Of a stretch of 64,000 bases of DNA, positions 20,453 to 31,218 are shown in pieces. The notes below the pieces were generated by a model, which saw only the letters and a program-made list of their open reading frames with translations, was not told the origin of the DNA and did not search any database. The DNA comes from an uncultured Arcobacteraceae bacterium (GTDB lineage: Bacteria > Campylobacterota > Campylobacteria > Campylobacterales > Arcobacteraceae): assembly GCA_964022095.1 (NCBI GenBank), contig CAXHZO010000002.1:224001-288000 (forward strand), given 5' to 3'. The position numbers were made by a program, and so were the translations under genes. Positions within the stretch are counted from its first letter, which is position 1. Each line of letters starts with the position of its first letter.

Positions 20453-22085
20453 TTGATAGCCTAATTTTATTTTTTGGGTTTAAATAGTTATTATATACAT
20501 AATAATTTGTTAAAACTTTTTTCCCATATTTTTTAGTTTCTGGATATGAAATCATTTCCATGCTTAAAAATGGTTCATACTTTTTATCTATTCTTTTAAA
20601 TAAACCTTTTTTAAATTGACTTTTTGTATATCCAGCACCACCATTATATGCATATGCAATAAATAATGGATTATTATTAAACTGTTTCATTAAAGTATTT
20701 AAGTGAAAACTTCCATATTTTATATTTGTTTTTGGATCAAATTGTTCATAAATATTATAGTCTTCATCTAGTTTTTTTGCAATATCTTTTGATAGAAATG
20801 GCATGATTTGCATAATACCTTGAGCTGTTGAAAATGATATTGATGATGGAATAAATAGACTCTCTTGTCTTGCAATTGAGTATAAAAGTACTTTTTTATA
20901 AGTTGTATAATCTTTTGTGAAATTCTCATAAGGTGTTATGTAATAGTGTTTTGTATATTTATTAAATCTATTTAATACATAAGCTAAATGAGGTTTTGTA
21001 TCTTCATGTGTGAAAATAGATTCGTATTTTTTCATTTTATCTTCTGTTAGATTCTTTTTTGTATCATCTAAAACTTTAATCCAAGAAAATTGATCATGAA
21101 TATCATATTTTGTTGGAGTATTTGGAATTTCAATATCATAAATGATATTTTCTAATGGTATTTCAAGTAACTCTTTTGCATAAGCAGAATAGATATTTAT
21201 ATCCCAACTTTTTGTTAATGCATATAAAAACGATTTATTATCTGTTACTAAATATGACCAAAAAAGAGCTTTATCTTTGTCTCTTCTTAGGTATGATTTA
21301 GAATACGATTTTTGAAAGAAATAGTATGCTTTTTGTTCATTATTATGATTTACTGCATTAATACCTAATAAAAATAGAGCATTAGGTGTTAGATTTTTAT
21401 TGTCTTTTGTATTTAATAGAGATTTTTGAAGTTTTTGTAATATGTTTTTTTTGTAAATAGTGTATCTAATTAGCATTTCAAACTGTTTTTGAGATGCAAG
21501 TTTATTTATAAACTCATCTGAGTAATTTCTATTGTAATTTTTGTTTCTAAAAGATGTGCCAATTTTAAAAAAGTATTTAAAAAAGTTACTATAACCATAA
21601 TTTAATGATTCACTACCAATATCGCCATTATATAAAATCCTTAAATCTTTTTTAAAAGTAGCGTAGTTATTGATTTTTTCAATAAACTTTAAAAGTCTTT
21701 TTTTAGATATCTTTGAAGCTTCTTTTAAACTTAATCCTAAAGCAACACATTTTTCATTATTCATGTTTAAAAGTTTATTAATACTTGCTTTGTAACACTC
21801 TAAGTTTTTAGTAGTAATTTTCCTATATTTTTTATAGGCTTGTTTAGTATATCTACTTTTACGTTTTACCATACTATAGGCTTTTTTGGCATCTTCTAAA
21901 GAGATATTATCTTGATTCAAGTATTGAATTATAAAAAAGTCTTTTGAGTAACTTTTAGGTTTTTGTTCAAGCCACTGTAAAGTGACTTGAAAATCATTTT
22001 TTAAGATTTCACTTTTTGCTTCTTGTGCAAAAGATGAAGTAGTTATTATAAATGCACTAAATAGTGCAATAAGTATTTTTTTCAT
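20421..22085 (-). CDS. slt: Soluble lytic transglycosylase
   Basis: IARQESLF, AQGIMQIMP, AYNGGAG, ETKKY. Confidence 0.93.
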   Translation of the reverse strand: MKKILIALFSAFIITTSSFAQEAKSEILKNDFQVTLQWLEQKPKSYSKDFFIIQYLNQDNISLEDAKKAYSMVKRKSRYTKQAYKKYRKITTKNLECYKASINKLLNMNNEKCVALGLSLKEASKISKKRLLKFIEKINNYATFKKDLRILYNGDIGSESLNYGYSNFFKYFFKIGTSFRNKNYNRNYSDEFINKLASQKQFEMLIRYTIYKKNILQKLQKSLLNTKDNKNLTPNALFLLGINAVNHNNEQKAYYFFQKSYSKSYLRRDKDKALFWSYLVTDNKSFLYALTKSWDINIYSAYAKELLEIPLENIIYDIEIPNTPTKYDIHDQFSWIKVLDDTKKNLTEDKMKKYESIFTHEDTKPHLAYVLNRFNKYTKHYYITPYENFTKDYTTYKKVLLYSIARQESLFIPSSISFSTAQGIMQIMPFLSKDIAKKLDEDYNIYEQFDPKTNIKYGSFHLNTLMKQFNNNPLFIAYAYNGGAGYTKSQFKKGLFKRIDKKYEPFLSMEMISYPETKKYGKKVLTNYYVYNNYLNPKNKIRLSTIFQTLVAPN

Positions 22086-22093
22086 TTTAATTA

Positions 22094-22366
22094 TTAATAA
22101 AATAGATTTCTTAAAAAAGTTTCTAAAAATATTAATGCAAAAATTAAAATAATTGGAGCTAAATCCATTCCACCAAAAATTGTTGGTATATATCTTCTTA
22201 CAAAAGCATATGCAGGTTCTGTTAGCCTATATAGCATTTGAACTATTGGATTATTAGGATCTGGTCTAACCCATGATAAAATTGCAGATATAATTATAAC
22301 CCATTTATATAAAAATATAATACCAAGAACAACCGTGATTACTGAAGAAAACAGTGCATCTATCAT
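22094..22366 (-). CDS. YggT family membrane protein
   Basis: [21 protein letters not shown]. Confidence 0.93.
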   Translation of the reverse strand: MIDALFSSVITVVLGIIFLYKWVIIISAILSWVRPDPNNPIVQMLYRLTEPAYAFVRRYIPTIFGGMDLAPIILIFALIFLETFLRNLFY

Positions 22367-23631
22367 TTTACAATTTCTCCTATATAGTTTTTAATTAATG
22401 GATAGATATGTGAAATATCAGGTCCATTTTGTGTTTTTGTTAATATGTATTTTAAAGGTTTAGATAATTGTTCATTATCTAAATTTGTTTCTTTTGATAA
22501 ATACTCTTCTAAATCTTTTAAATTTTCAAAATAGGGTGCTTTTTTTAGAGACTCTTTGATCTTATTAAATTCATCATTTGAACCTTTATAATCATACTTG
22601 TCTGAGAATATTAAATCAATTTTTTCTTTTATTTGTTTAATCGTACTAACTTCATTTAAAAATAGTTTACCAAGTTTACCAATATCAGTATCTGCAAAAC
22701 CTAATATTTTTGATAATCTCATATCTTCAATCATTTCTAAATGTTTTTGATTAATTGCTTTTAGTTCTTCTAAATCGAATTCAACACGAGCTTGAGAAAT
22801 CTTTTTTATATCAAACCATTGAATTGCTTCTTCAAGTGAAAAAATCTCTTTAGGTGTTTCATTTCCAAGTAAAACAAGATAGTTTGCAATTGCACTAGGT
22901 AAAAATCCATCATCAATTAGCTGTTTTACTGATTTGATTGTACTATTTACTTTAGGTAAATGAATATAGTTGATTTGTTTGTCATATCCCAAAGAATCTC
23001 TAACATGAATCTGTTTAGGTGTATTTTCAAGATATTGTTCATCTCTAATAATTGTTGAAATATTCATAATCATATCATCAACTGCACAAGCATAGTTATA
23101 TGTTGGAGTTTTATCATGATTTAATATCTCAAAATAATCAACTTCAAAATGTTTAAAGCTAAAGTCACCTTTTAAAGAATCTGTAAATTTTATACTATCT
23201 TCAGGCTTTTTTATTCTTACACAAAATGGGGCATTTGTATTTAAAACTGTCTCATCAGAAAGAGTTTCACAAAACCCATCATAGCTATATACTTTGCCTT
23301 TTTTTTCTGCTTTATCTTTTAATTCTTGAATTTTATCTTCACTACAAAAACATGAAAAAGCTTTTTTTTGAGCCATTAACTGCATTGCTAATTTTTGATG
23401 ATATTTTAATGATTCATTTTGGTAAATAACACCTTTATATTCAATTGAAAAAAGATTTAAAATTTCTAAAATCTCTTTGTCTTTTCCTTCAATTATATTA
23501 TCTTTATCTATATCTTCAATTCTAATAACTAAATCTTCATTTAATTTTTTTGAAATTATGTAGTTAAAAATAGCTACTCTTAGGCCACTTAAATCTATAC
23601 TTTTTGTTTGACTAGGTGCAAATCTTAACAA
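22363..23631 (-). CDS. gltX: Glutamyl-tRNA synthetase paralogue (GluRS2 orthologue) with degenerate catalytic motifs
   Basis: [31 protein letters not shown] retained; HIGH and KMSKR motifs lost. Confidence 0.85.
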   Translation of the reverse strand: MLRFAPSQTKSIDLSGLRVAIFNYIISKKLNEDLVIRIEDIDKDNIIEGKDKEILEILNLFSIEYKGVIYQNESLKYHQKLAMQLMAQKKAFSCFCSEDKIQELKDKAEKKGKVYSYDGFCETLSDETVLNTNAPFCVRIKKPEDSIKFTDSLKGDFSFKHFEVDYFEILNHDKTPTYNYACAVDDMIMNISTIIRDEQYLENTPKQIHVRDSLGYDKQINYIHLPKVNSTIKSVKQLIDDGFLPSAIANYLVLLGNETPKEIFSLEEAIQWFDIKKISQARVEFDLEELKAINQKHLEMIEDMRLSKILGFADTDIGKLGKLFLNEVSTIKQIKEKIDLIFSDKYDYKGSNDEFNKIKESLKKAPYFENLKDLEEYLSKETNLDNEQLSKPLKYILTKTQNGPDISHIYPLIKNYIGEIVK

Positions 23632-23633
23632 AT

Positions 23634-24926
23634 CTATTTCCTTACTATTGCAAAAGTGATATTTTTTATTTCTTTGTGAGATTTAATATAATCATTTAAA
23701 TCTTCAACTGTAAGGTTTTGAATCTTTTCTAACTCTTTTTTAGAGTAATCTAAACCTAAACCTTTGTAATAAAGCATATATGCTCTGTGCAGTCTTTGAG
23801 AAAGTGTTTCATTTCTTAAAGGCTCACTACCACTTAAGAAGTTTTTTGCTGCTTTTAGTTCATCTTTTGTAATTCCATTTTTAACAAAATCTTTAACAAT
23901 ATCTTCTACTAGTTTTTGAGCTTCTTTTGCATTTTCATTTTTAGTTTGTAAATAACCATTAAAGTATGAATGAGATTTATTTATAGAAACATATCCATAT
24001 GCGCTATATGCTAATCCTCTTTTAACTCTAATCTCTTCCATAAGTCTTGAACCAAATCCAGAACCACCTAAAATAAATGATGCAACTTTTGCTTTGTAGT
24101 TATCTTCATCTTTTGAGTCAACATTAAAAGAACTACCAAAGTAAATATAAGCTTGTTGAGTATCTTTTATTAGAGTTTTTTCTTCTTTTTTAGAGTTGAT
24201 TTCTATAGACTTAAGTGGTAGTTTTTGTCCTTTTCTTATCTCTTTTAAAACAGGAGTAATTAGTTTTTCAAACTCTTTAAAAGTATAATCTCCACCTGCA
24301 ACTAATATAAGATTATTAAGCACTAAAGTTTTGTTTAAAAACTCTTTTATATCTTCAATTTTTATTTTTGATATTGAATCAATAGTTCCAGAACTAGAGT
24401 TTTCTAATGGTGTATCTTTAAATAGTAATGATTTTAAAAGGTTTTTAGCAACATAATCATAATCATTTTCTTTTCTTTTTAATGCACCAGTTTGTATAGT
24501 TTTGATTTTCTCTAAAGAATCTTTTGAATAGTTTGGTGATTTCAATAAATCAGTTAAAAGCTTAATTGCTTTTGGCGATATATCCTTTAGATTTGACAAT
24601 TCTATAATAAATGTTTCAAATCCATTTGAAGCATTTAAAGAGATTGCATTCTCTTCTAATTGTTGTGCAAATTTAATTGAACCCAGCTCTTTTGTACCTT
24701 CATTTAAAATCTTTGAAGATATGTTTGCTAAGCCACTTTTTTCTCCATCTTGAATATATCCAGAGTTTTGAAAAACCATCTGTAAATTTAAAATTGGTAA
24801 ACTTTTTTGTTCTTCAAATATCACTGGTATTTTGATATCATCTATTTTTATGTGCTTTAATTCAGCAGCCATTAAACTCCCTTGTATAATTGCTAATATT
24901 AATAAAATTTTTAGTTTTATTTTCAT
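23634..24926 (-). CDS. M16 family peptidase-like protein (non-catalytic subunit type)
   Basis: [25 protein letters not shown]; no HxxEH; signal peptide. Confidence 0.88.
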   Translation of the reverse strand: MKIKLKILLILAIIQGSLMAAELKHIKIDDIKIPVIFEEQKSLPILNLQMVFQNSGYIQDGEKSGLANISSKILNEGTKELGSIKFAQQLEENAISLNASNGFETFIIELSNLKDISPKAIKLLTDLLKSPNYSKDSLEKIKTIQTGALKRKENDYDYVAKNLLKSLLFKDTPLENSSSGTIDSISKIKIEDIKEFLNKTLVLNNLILVAGGDYTFKEFEKLITPVLKEIRKGQKLPLKSIEINSKKEEKTLIKDTQQAYIYFGSSFNVDSKDEDNYKAKVASFILGGSGFGSRLMEEIRVKRGLAYSAYGYVSINKSHSYFNGYLQTKNENAKEAQKLVEDIVKDFVKNGITKDELKAAKNFLSGSEPLRNETLSQRLHRAYMLYYKGLGLDYSKKELEKIQNLTVEDLNDYIKSHKEIKNITFAIVRK

Positions 24927-24943
24927 TGTAGCTTGAACCTCTC

Positions 24944-26032
24944 TTAGAATTTTTCTAAAATCTCGTAAGCTGTATTTCTTTTTGCTGGATATTCTCCAAC
25001 ATCTTTAATCAATCTAATCATTTCACCTTGATTCATTCTGTTTGCAGCACCTGCAGCTTTTACTACGTTTTCTTCCATCATTGTACTACCTAAGTCATTT
25101 GCACCAAATTTAAGTGCTAGTTGGCCTACATATGAACCTTGAGTTACCCAAGAACTTTGCATATTCCTAAAATTATCTAAATAAAGTCTAGAAACTGCTA
25201 ATAATCTTAAATATCTATTAGATGATTGTGGTTTAATTTCAGGATGTTCTTCCATTAGTTTTGTATTTTGACCTTGGAATGACCACATAATAAATGCTCT
25301 AAATCCACCTGATTTATCTTGTAGTTTTCTTAATAACTCCCAATGTTCAATTATCTCTTCATCTGTTTCAACTGTACCAAACATCATTGTTGCAGTTGTT
25401 TTCATCCCAATTGAATGAGCAAGTTCATGAACTTCAATCCACTCTAAGCTATCCATTTTATTTGGTGCAATAACATCTCTAACTCTATCAGATAAAATTT
25501 CTGCACCAGCACCTGGAATTGAACTTAAACCTTTATCTTGTAGTCTTTTTAAAACCTCTAAAATAGAGATTTTTGAAACCTTCGCAATATATTTAATTTC
25601 AATTGCAGAAAAACCATGAATAGTGATTTGAGGATATTTTGTATGAATATGAGATACTAACTCTTCATAATAATCAATTTTTAGTTTTGGGTGAACTCCA
25701 CCTTGGAATAAAATTTGTGTTCCACCAATTTCTAATAATTCATCAATCTTTTGATCAATTTCATCAAACTTTAATACATAAGAATCATCATCTCTTCCAT
25801 GTCTATAAAAAGCACAGAATTTACAATCTACCCAACACACATTTGTATAGTTAATATTTCTATCAACTATAAAAGATGTAATTTTTTCAGGATGTAATTG
25901 ATCTTTTTTTAAACTTGCTAATTCACCTAATTCTAATAAAGATGCATTTTTAATTAAATCTAATGCTTCTTCATTTGTAATTCTTCTATTGATAATATCT
26001 TTATCAATTTTATTTTCTATTTTCTTAACCAT
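24944..26032 (-). CDS. mqnC: Dehypoxanthine futalosine cyclase (radical SAM)
   Basis: DRNINYTNVCWVDCKFCAF, PGAGAEIL, ANDLGSTMMEENVV. Confidence 0.92.
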   Translation of the reverse strand: MVKKIENKIDKDIINRRITNEEALDLIKNASLLELGELASLKKDQLHPEKITSFIVDRNINYTNVCWVDCKFCAFYRHGRDDDSYVLKFDEIDQKIDELLEIGGTQILFQGGVHPKLKIDYYEELVSHIHTKYPQITIHGFSAIEIKYIAKVSKISILEVLKRLQDKGLSSIPGAGAEILSDRVRDVIAPNKMDSLEWIEVHELAHSIGMKTTATMMFGTVETDEEIIEHWELLRKLQDKSGGFRAFIMWSFQGQNTKLMEEHPEIKPQSSNRYLRLLAVSRLYLDNFRNMQSSWVTQGSYVGQLALKFGANDLGSTMMEENVVKAAGAANRMNQGEMIRLIKDVGEYPAKRNTAYEILEKF

Positions 26033-28284
26033 TAGAATGCCGCTCCTAGTGAGAATTCAAATGATGAAGTTTCATCATCTGGTTTATCATTTAAAGGTTT
26101 TGCAAAAATTAATTGAAGTGGACCAAATGGTGAAATCCACTCAAATAAAGCACCGGTACTTGCTCTTGAGTCTTTTGTAATACCTTCTATACCAATCATT
26201 CCGTAATCTGCAAACACTGCCCATCTCATATTAGCTGATGGAATTAAAGGAAAACTCATTTCTACAGAGTTTGCTAACATATTTTTATAAGGTCTTTCTA
26301 TCTCTCCATCTTCATTATTTGGACCAAATGCGTAAGATTTAAACCCTCTTAATGTTCTAGGACCTCCAAGGTATAAAGAATCCCCTTGATTAATTTGACC
26401 ATTGTCTACTAAAATTTTTAATTGAGTTTTAAATCTTAAAATCCAATCAAGTTCCGCTAAGTCTTCAAGTGAATAAAAATATTTTAAATATGAATTATAT
26501 TTTAAGTATTTTGAGTCTCCACCAACTCCTGCATACTCAACAGATGCTCCAACTTTGAAACCTTCTCTTGGTAAATAAAAGTCATCTGTATTATCAAAGT
26601 TAATATAAGGTGTAATAGAACTTGTAATATAATCTGTGTTTTCAAGATAGTTTTTTGTTGGATCTTTTGTAAATGTACTATCCCAATTATACTTCTCTTT
26701 AATAAAATCAAGTCTATATTTAGCTCCAGCATATAAGTTTCTAACAATCTCTCTACCAGCACTTACAGAAAAACCTTTTACAGTTTTTGTAGCTTCATAG
26801 TTATCTCTATCAATTTCACTTTCACTACTGTGAATATCAATAGAAGCATTGTATTTACTATCAAAAACTGCAGGATTTGAAAGTTTTAAAGAAAAGTCAC
26901 TTTGATGTGCTGATAATTCAGTACTAAGTGATGTACTAATACCTGAACCAAAAACATTTTTATCAGATACTGCTGCATTTACCATAAGTTTGTCATATGA
27001 ACCATATCCTCCACCTAGCATAAGTGAACCAGTAGCGGCTTCTGTAACTTTTACTAAAATATCAATTTTATCTTCACTAACTCTTTTTTCTTCTATTTTT
27101 ATATCTTCAAAAAAACCTGATCTTTTTAATTTATTTCTAGAGTCCTTAAAATCAGTTAAGTTGTATAAATCGCCAGGTGCTAAATATACATTTCTTCTAA
27201 TTACTCTATCTAATGTTCTTACATTTCCAGAGATCTTAACATCATTTATATAAACTTTTTTACCAGGGATTACATTAAATATAATATCTACTTTTGAATT
27301 CTCTGTATCTTTTTTAATATCAAATTTTACATTTGCAAAAGCATAACCTTTGTTTGCTACTTGTGTTTTAATGTAGTCTTGATCTAATCTTAATTTTTTG
27401 ATATTAAATGTATTCCCAACAATTAGTTTTAATTCTGGGTATAAATCTTCTGCTTTAACAATAGATTCATCTACATATATTTTTATATCATTAGTTCTAT
27501 ATTTAGTTCCTTCAGTAATAAAAAAATCAATTTTTGCTTGATTTGATGCAAAGTCAATATCTAAATAAGGTTCTTTAACTTTTGCGTCTAAATATCCTTT
27601 TTCAAAATAAAGTTCATTTATTCTTCTTGCATCATATTTTAATTGATCTGATTTAACTTCTCCATCATTTTGGCCAAACCACCAAGATGCGAACTCTTTT
27701 TCTTTATTCGCTGTTACATGATCAAAGTCATCTTGGTCAAGTTCATTTGCTCCATAGTAATTAGCTTTTTTGATAATTATCTCATCACCTTTATTTACAT
27801 TAAAAGTAAGAGATACTGAGTGTTTGTTTAACTCTTCAACTTCTATTTCAACAACAGAGTTAATGTATCCTTCATTTTCTAAAAGATCTAATAAAACTTT
27901 TTTTGCTTCATCTGCTCTTTTTTCAGTATACATTGAGCCTTTATTTAATTTTATCATTGTTTTTAAAGAATCGATATCTTCAGCTCTAGTTTTATACCCT
28001 TTGATATCTATTTTTGCAATAGAGGGTTTTTCTGTAAATAGAATTTCTACGTTCCCATTTTCATTTTTTACTAAGATATCCGTAAAATATCCGTAGCTGT
28101 AAAAGGTTTTAATTGCTTTATTAAGCTTTTCAGGGTTTAATTCATCACCAACTTTTAAATCTAAAGTTTCATTAATTATTTTTGGTGAAATTTTATTAAG
28201 ATTCACATAATCAATTGACTTAATTGTTTGGGCATAAAGTGCAGTGGCACTCGCAAGAGAAAATAGTATTACTTTATTTTTCAC
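26032..28284 (-). CDS. bamA: Outer membrane protein assembly factor
   Basis: POTRA repeats (GNVRTLDRVIRR), LRGF, SPFGPL, C-terminal Phe. Confidence 0.96.
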   Translation of the reverse strand: MKNKVILFSLASATALYAQTIKSIDYVNLNKISPKIINETLDLKVGDELNPEKLNKAIKTFYSYGYFTDILVKNENGNVEILFTEKPSIAKIDIKGYKTRAEDIDSLKTMIKLNKGSMYTEKRADEAKKVLLDLLENEGYINSVVEIEVEELNKHSVSLTFNVNKGDEIIIKKANYYGANELDQDDFDHVTANKEKEFASWWFGQNDGEVKSDQLKYDARRINELYFEKGYLDAKVKEPYLDIDFASNQAKIDFFITEGTKYRTNDIKIYVDESIVKAEDLYPELKLIVGNTFNIKKLRLDQDYIKTQVANKGYAFANVKFDIKKDTENSKVDIIFNVIPGKKVYINDVKISGNVRTLDRVIRRNVYLAPGDLYNLTDFKDSRNKLKRSGFFEDIKIEEKRVSEDKIDILVKVTEAATGSLMLGGGYGSYDKLMVNAAVSDKNVFGSGISTSLSTELSAHQSDFSLKLSNPAVFDSKYNASIDIHSSESEIDRDNYEATKTVKGFSVSAGREIVRNLYAGAKYRLDFIKEKYNWDSTFTKDPTKNYLENTDYITSSITPYINFDNTDDFYLPREGFKVGASVEYAGVGGDSKYLKYNSYLKYFYSLEDLAELDWILRFKTQLKILVDNGQINQGDSLYLGGPRTLRGFKSYAFGPNNEDGEIERPYKNMLANSVEMSFPLIPSANMRWAVFADYGMIGIEGITKDSRASTGALFEWISPFGPLQLIFAKPLNDKPDDETSSFEFSLGAAF

Positions 28285-28385
28285 AACTATCCTTAATATA
28301 TATTAATAGGTTGATAATATAACCAAATTAAGTTTATATGATTATTAAGATATAATTACTTTTTAATTTAAACAAGGACAGAGAT

Positions 28386-29216
28386 TTGAACGTAGGAATT
28401 ATTGGTTTAGGCCTTATGGGTGGTTCACTTGCAAAAGCATTAAAAAGATATGGAATAGCTACAAAAATTTATGGATATGCAAGAAGTGAAAAATCTAAAA
28501 AAGAGATATTAGAATTAAATTTAGTTGATGAACTTACAAGTATAGAAACAATAAAACAAAACTGTGATTTAATAGTACTAGCAACTCCTGTTGATAATAT
28601 TATTGGAATTTTACCTGAACTATTAGATATAAAAAATGAAACAACTATTATGGATTTAGGTTCGACAAAAGAGTTTATTGTTAAAAATATTCCAGCTTCT
28701 ATTAGACGAAACTTCATTGCTGCCCATCCTATGTGTGGTAGTGAAAAGTTTGGACCAAAAGCAGCTATGGATAACCTATATGAGGGGAAAACAGTTGTTT
28801 TATGTGATTTAGAAGAAAATGATAATGTACATAAAAATAGAGCTATAAGACTATTCCAAGATATTGGTATGAGGCTAGTATTTATGAACTCACATGATCA
28901 TGATGTACATGCTTGTTATATGTCACATTTACCCCATGCAATTTCTTATTCTTTAGCTAATACAGTTATGGGACATGAAGATCCAAAATCTATTATTGCA
29001 CTTGCTGCTGGAGGTTTTAAAGATATGAGTAGAATTGCAAAATCTAGCCCTGATATGTGGACTGATATTTTTAGACAAAATAGAGAAAATCTTTTGGATT
29101 CTATAGATTTATTTAACAAACAGATGGATGATGTTAGAAAAATGGTAGAAAAAGAGGATTATGAAGGATTAAAAAACTGGATGCATAAAGCAACAAGTTT
29201 ACATGAGATACTTTAG
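28386..29216 (+). CDS. tyrA: Prephenate dehydrogenase
   Basis: GLGLMGGS, DLGSTK, HPMCGSE, SHLPH, GFKDMSRIA. Confidence 0.96.
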   Translation: MNVGIIGLGLMGGSLAKALKRYGIATKIYGYARSEKSKKEILELNLVDELTSIETIKQNCDLIVLATPVDNIIGILPELLDIKNETTIMDLGSTKEFIVKNIPASIRRNFIAAHPMCGSEKFGPKAAMDNLYEGKTVVLCDLEENDNVHKNRAIRLFQDIGMRLVFMNSHDHDVHACYMSHLPHAISYSLANTVMGHEDPKSIIALAAGGFKDMSRIAKSSPDMWTDIFRQNRENLLDSIDLFNKQMDDVRKMVEKEDYEGLKNWMHKATSLHEIL

Positions 29217-29228
29217 TATCTCTTGTTT

Positions 29229-30029
29229 TTATATGTTTTTAATTGCTTCAAAAACTTTTATTGCTTGAAAATGCTCTTTTACATCGTGACATCTTATAAT
29301 ACTAGCACCATTATCAATAGCTTTTAAATGTATTGCTAAAGTTCCAGGAAGTCGCTGCTCAATACTACTTGGTACAATTTTATCAATCATTGATTTTCTA
29401 CTTGCCCCAATTAAAAGTTCACATCCAAAATGTTTAAAATGTTCTAATTGGTTTAGTAATTTTAAATTATGATTCAAATTTTTCCCAAAACCAATACCAA
29501 CATCTAATACAATATCTTTTATTCCATAGCTATTTGCTTTTGCTATTTGTTTTTTGAAATACTCATCAATATCACTTACTACATCATCATATTCTGGATT
29601 ATCTTGCATTATAGTAGGATCATTTTGCATATGCATTATTATTACTTGTGCATTATATTTTGAAGCTATTTTGCACACTTCATCATTTTTTAAACCTGTA
29701 ATATCATTTACTATTTTAAAGCCTTTATTTAAAACAAAGTCTATAACTTTTGGAGCATATGAATCAATTGAAAAATCAACCTTTTCATAATATTTGTTTT
29801 CATATATTGTATTTACAATACCTTTTATTCGTGATAACTCAATATCTTCTTGTACTGGAATACTTCCAGGTCTTGATGAAACTGCACCAATATCAATAAT
29901 ATCAGCACCATCATCAATCATTTTTTCTATTTTAATATTAGCTTGAGATGAATCAAATCTACTTCCACTAAAAAATGAGTCTTCATTTGCATTTAATACA
30001 CCCATAATTTTTGTTTTATAAGTTTGCAT
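29229..30029 (-). CDS. folP: Dihydropteroate synthase
   Basis: MGVLNANEDSF, SSRPG, DVGIGFGK, ASRKS, RCHDV. Confidence 0.96.
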   Translation of the reverse strand: MQTYKTKIMGVLNANEDSFFSGSRFDSSQANIKIEKMIDDGADIIDIGAVSSRPGSIPVQEDIELSRIKGIVNTIYENKYYEKVDFSIDSYAPKVIDFVLNKGFKIVNDITGLKNDEVCKIASKYNAQVIIMHMQNDPTIMQDNPEYDDVVSDIDEYFKKQIAKANSYGIKDIVLDVGIGFGKNLNHNLKLLNQLEHFKHFGCELLIGASRKSMIDKIVPSSIEQRLPGTLAIHLKAIDNGASIIRCHDVKEHFQAIKVFEAIKNI

Positions 30030-30039
30030 TTATAAGCCT

Positions 30040-30663
30040 TTAGTTTTTTTTGTTAGTTAAAGATAAAAGGAGAGTAGTTAAAACATTTATTGGTTTTGAA
30101 TTTAAATCTATTAATTTTATAGATTTAGAAAATAGTTCAAGTTTATTTTGAGATAATTCTATATTTTGTTCTTTTACTTTTAGTAAAATTGATTCTACAA
30201 TCTCTTTTGCATCAGTTTTAGAGACTCTTTGATTCTCTTTTAAAAAGTTATAGATATCTTTTAAATCAAGTTTTGCAATATCTAAAGGGCTTGAGTTTTT
30301 TATAACTGAAGTCTTTAAGTATTTATATGGAATTCTTGAATAAATAGTTGGAAGAATTGATGATTTAGAGTTTGTAACAATTATAAATACTACATTTTTA
30401 GGAGGTTCCTCTAAAATTTTTAATAAAGAGTTTTGGGCCTCTTTTCTAAAAATAGTACCACATAAAAATATGTATTTTTTTTCATTTGAAGCAATATATG
30501 CCTCTTTTATAGTTTGGTTAGCTTGAGCTATTTGGAATTCATTTTTCTCTTCATTTTTTATAATTCTTGTAAAATGAGTTGGGTAGCTAGGTAATAATTC
30601 ATTTAATGTAGTTTCAATATCATTAACAATTAAAATACATGAACTATCTATAAAATTTGACAT
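30040..30663 (-). CDS. holB: DNA polymerase III delta-prime subunit (short Campylobacterota type)
   Basis: AQNSLLKILEEPP, ILPTIYSR. Confidence 0.88.
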   Translation of the reverse strand: MSNFIDSSCILIVNDIETTLNELLPSYPTHFTRIIKNEEKNEFQIAQANQTIKEAYIASNEKKYIFLCGTIFRKEAQNSLLKILEEPPKNVVFIIVTNSKSSILPTIYSRIPYKYLKTSVIKNSSPLDIAKLDLKDIYNFLKENQRVSKTDAKEIVESILLKVKEQNIELSQNKLELFSKSIKLIDLNSKPINVLTTLLLSLTNKKN

Positions 30664-30664
30664 T

Positions 30665-31216
30665 TTAGTTTTCTACGTTTATTTCTGCAAAAAGTGATGC
30701 ACTAATAGTCTTATTGTAAAGTCTAAACATTTGCAATAGTTTCATATCTAAAGCTTCATCAGCACTTTTTAGGTTAAATGCATCTTGTTTATCTTCATCA
30801 AATAGCCATAAAAAAGAGTTTTTAGAAACTTTTGGAATAGTTGCCCTAATATCTTGACTTCTTCCTATATACCAAAAACAATAACCATTAGGAAAAGATA
30901 TTTTCAACATGTCTTTAATACATGAAATATCTTCATCTGATTTGATTGAGTCAATATTTTTAGAAAATGATTTAAAATCATAAAAAGGTAAATATGGTCT
31001 ATTTAATTTTGAAGAGTTAATATTTGTTAAAATATATTCTAAAAACCACTCTCTATCTTTGTCTGTAATAACAATAATAGAGCAACCTTTTTCCAATAGA
31101 TTATAAATATTTTTTGATACTAAAGGAGTCCATTCATATTTTTTTTCCTCTAACCAAGGAGATATTAATCTATCATCCCTAATTGTATCAACTGTCCAGT
31201 TTAAAAACTCTTGCAC
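30665..31216 (-). CDS. hobA: HobA DnaA-binding replication regulator
   Basis: WLEEKKYEWTPL, TDKDREWF, FWYIG, LLQMFRL; lysC-hobA-holB-folP order. Confidence 0.9.
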   Translation of the reverse strand: MQEFLNWTVDTIRDDRLISPWLEEKKYEWTPLVSKNIYNLLEKGCSIIVITDKDREWFLEYILTNINSSKLNRPYLPFYDFKSFSKNIDSIKSDEDISCIKDMLKISFPNGYCFWYIGRSQDIRATIPKVSKNSFLWLFDEDKQDAFNLKSADEALDMKLLQMFRLYNKTISASLFAEINVEN

Positions 31217-31218
31217 TT

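Noticed and set aside
23634-24926. M16 peptidase lacking HxxEH as a novelty
   Set aside because: Non-catalytic M16B partner subunits are common.
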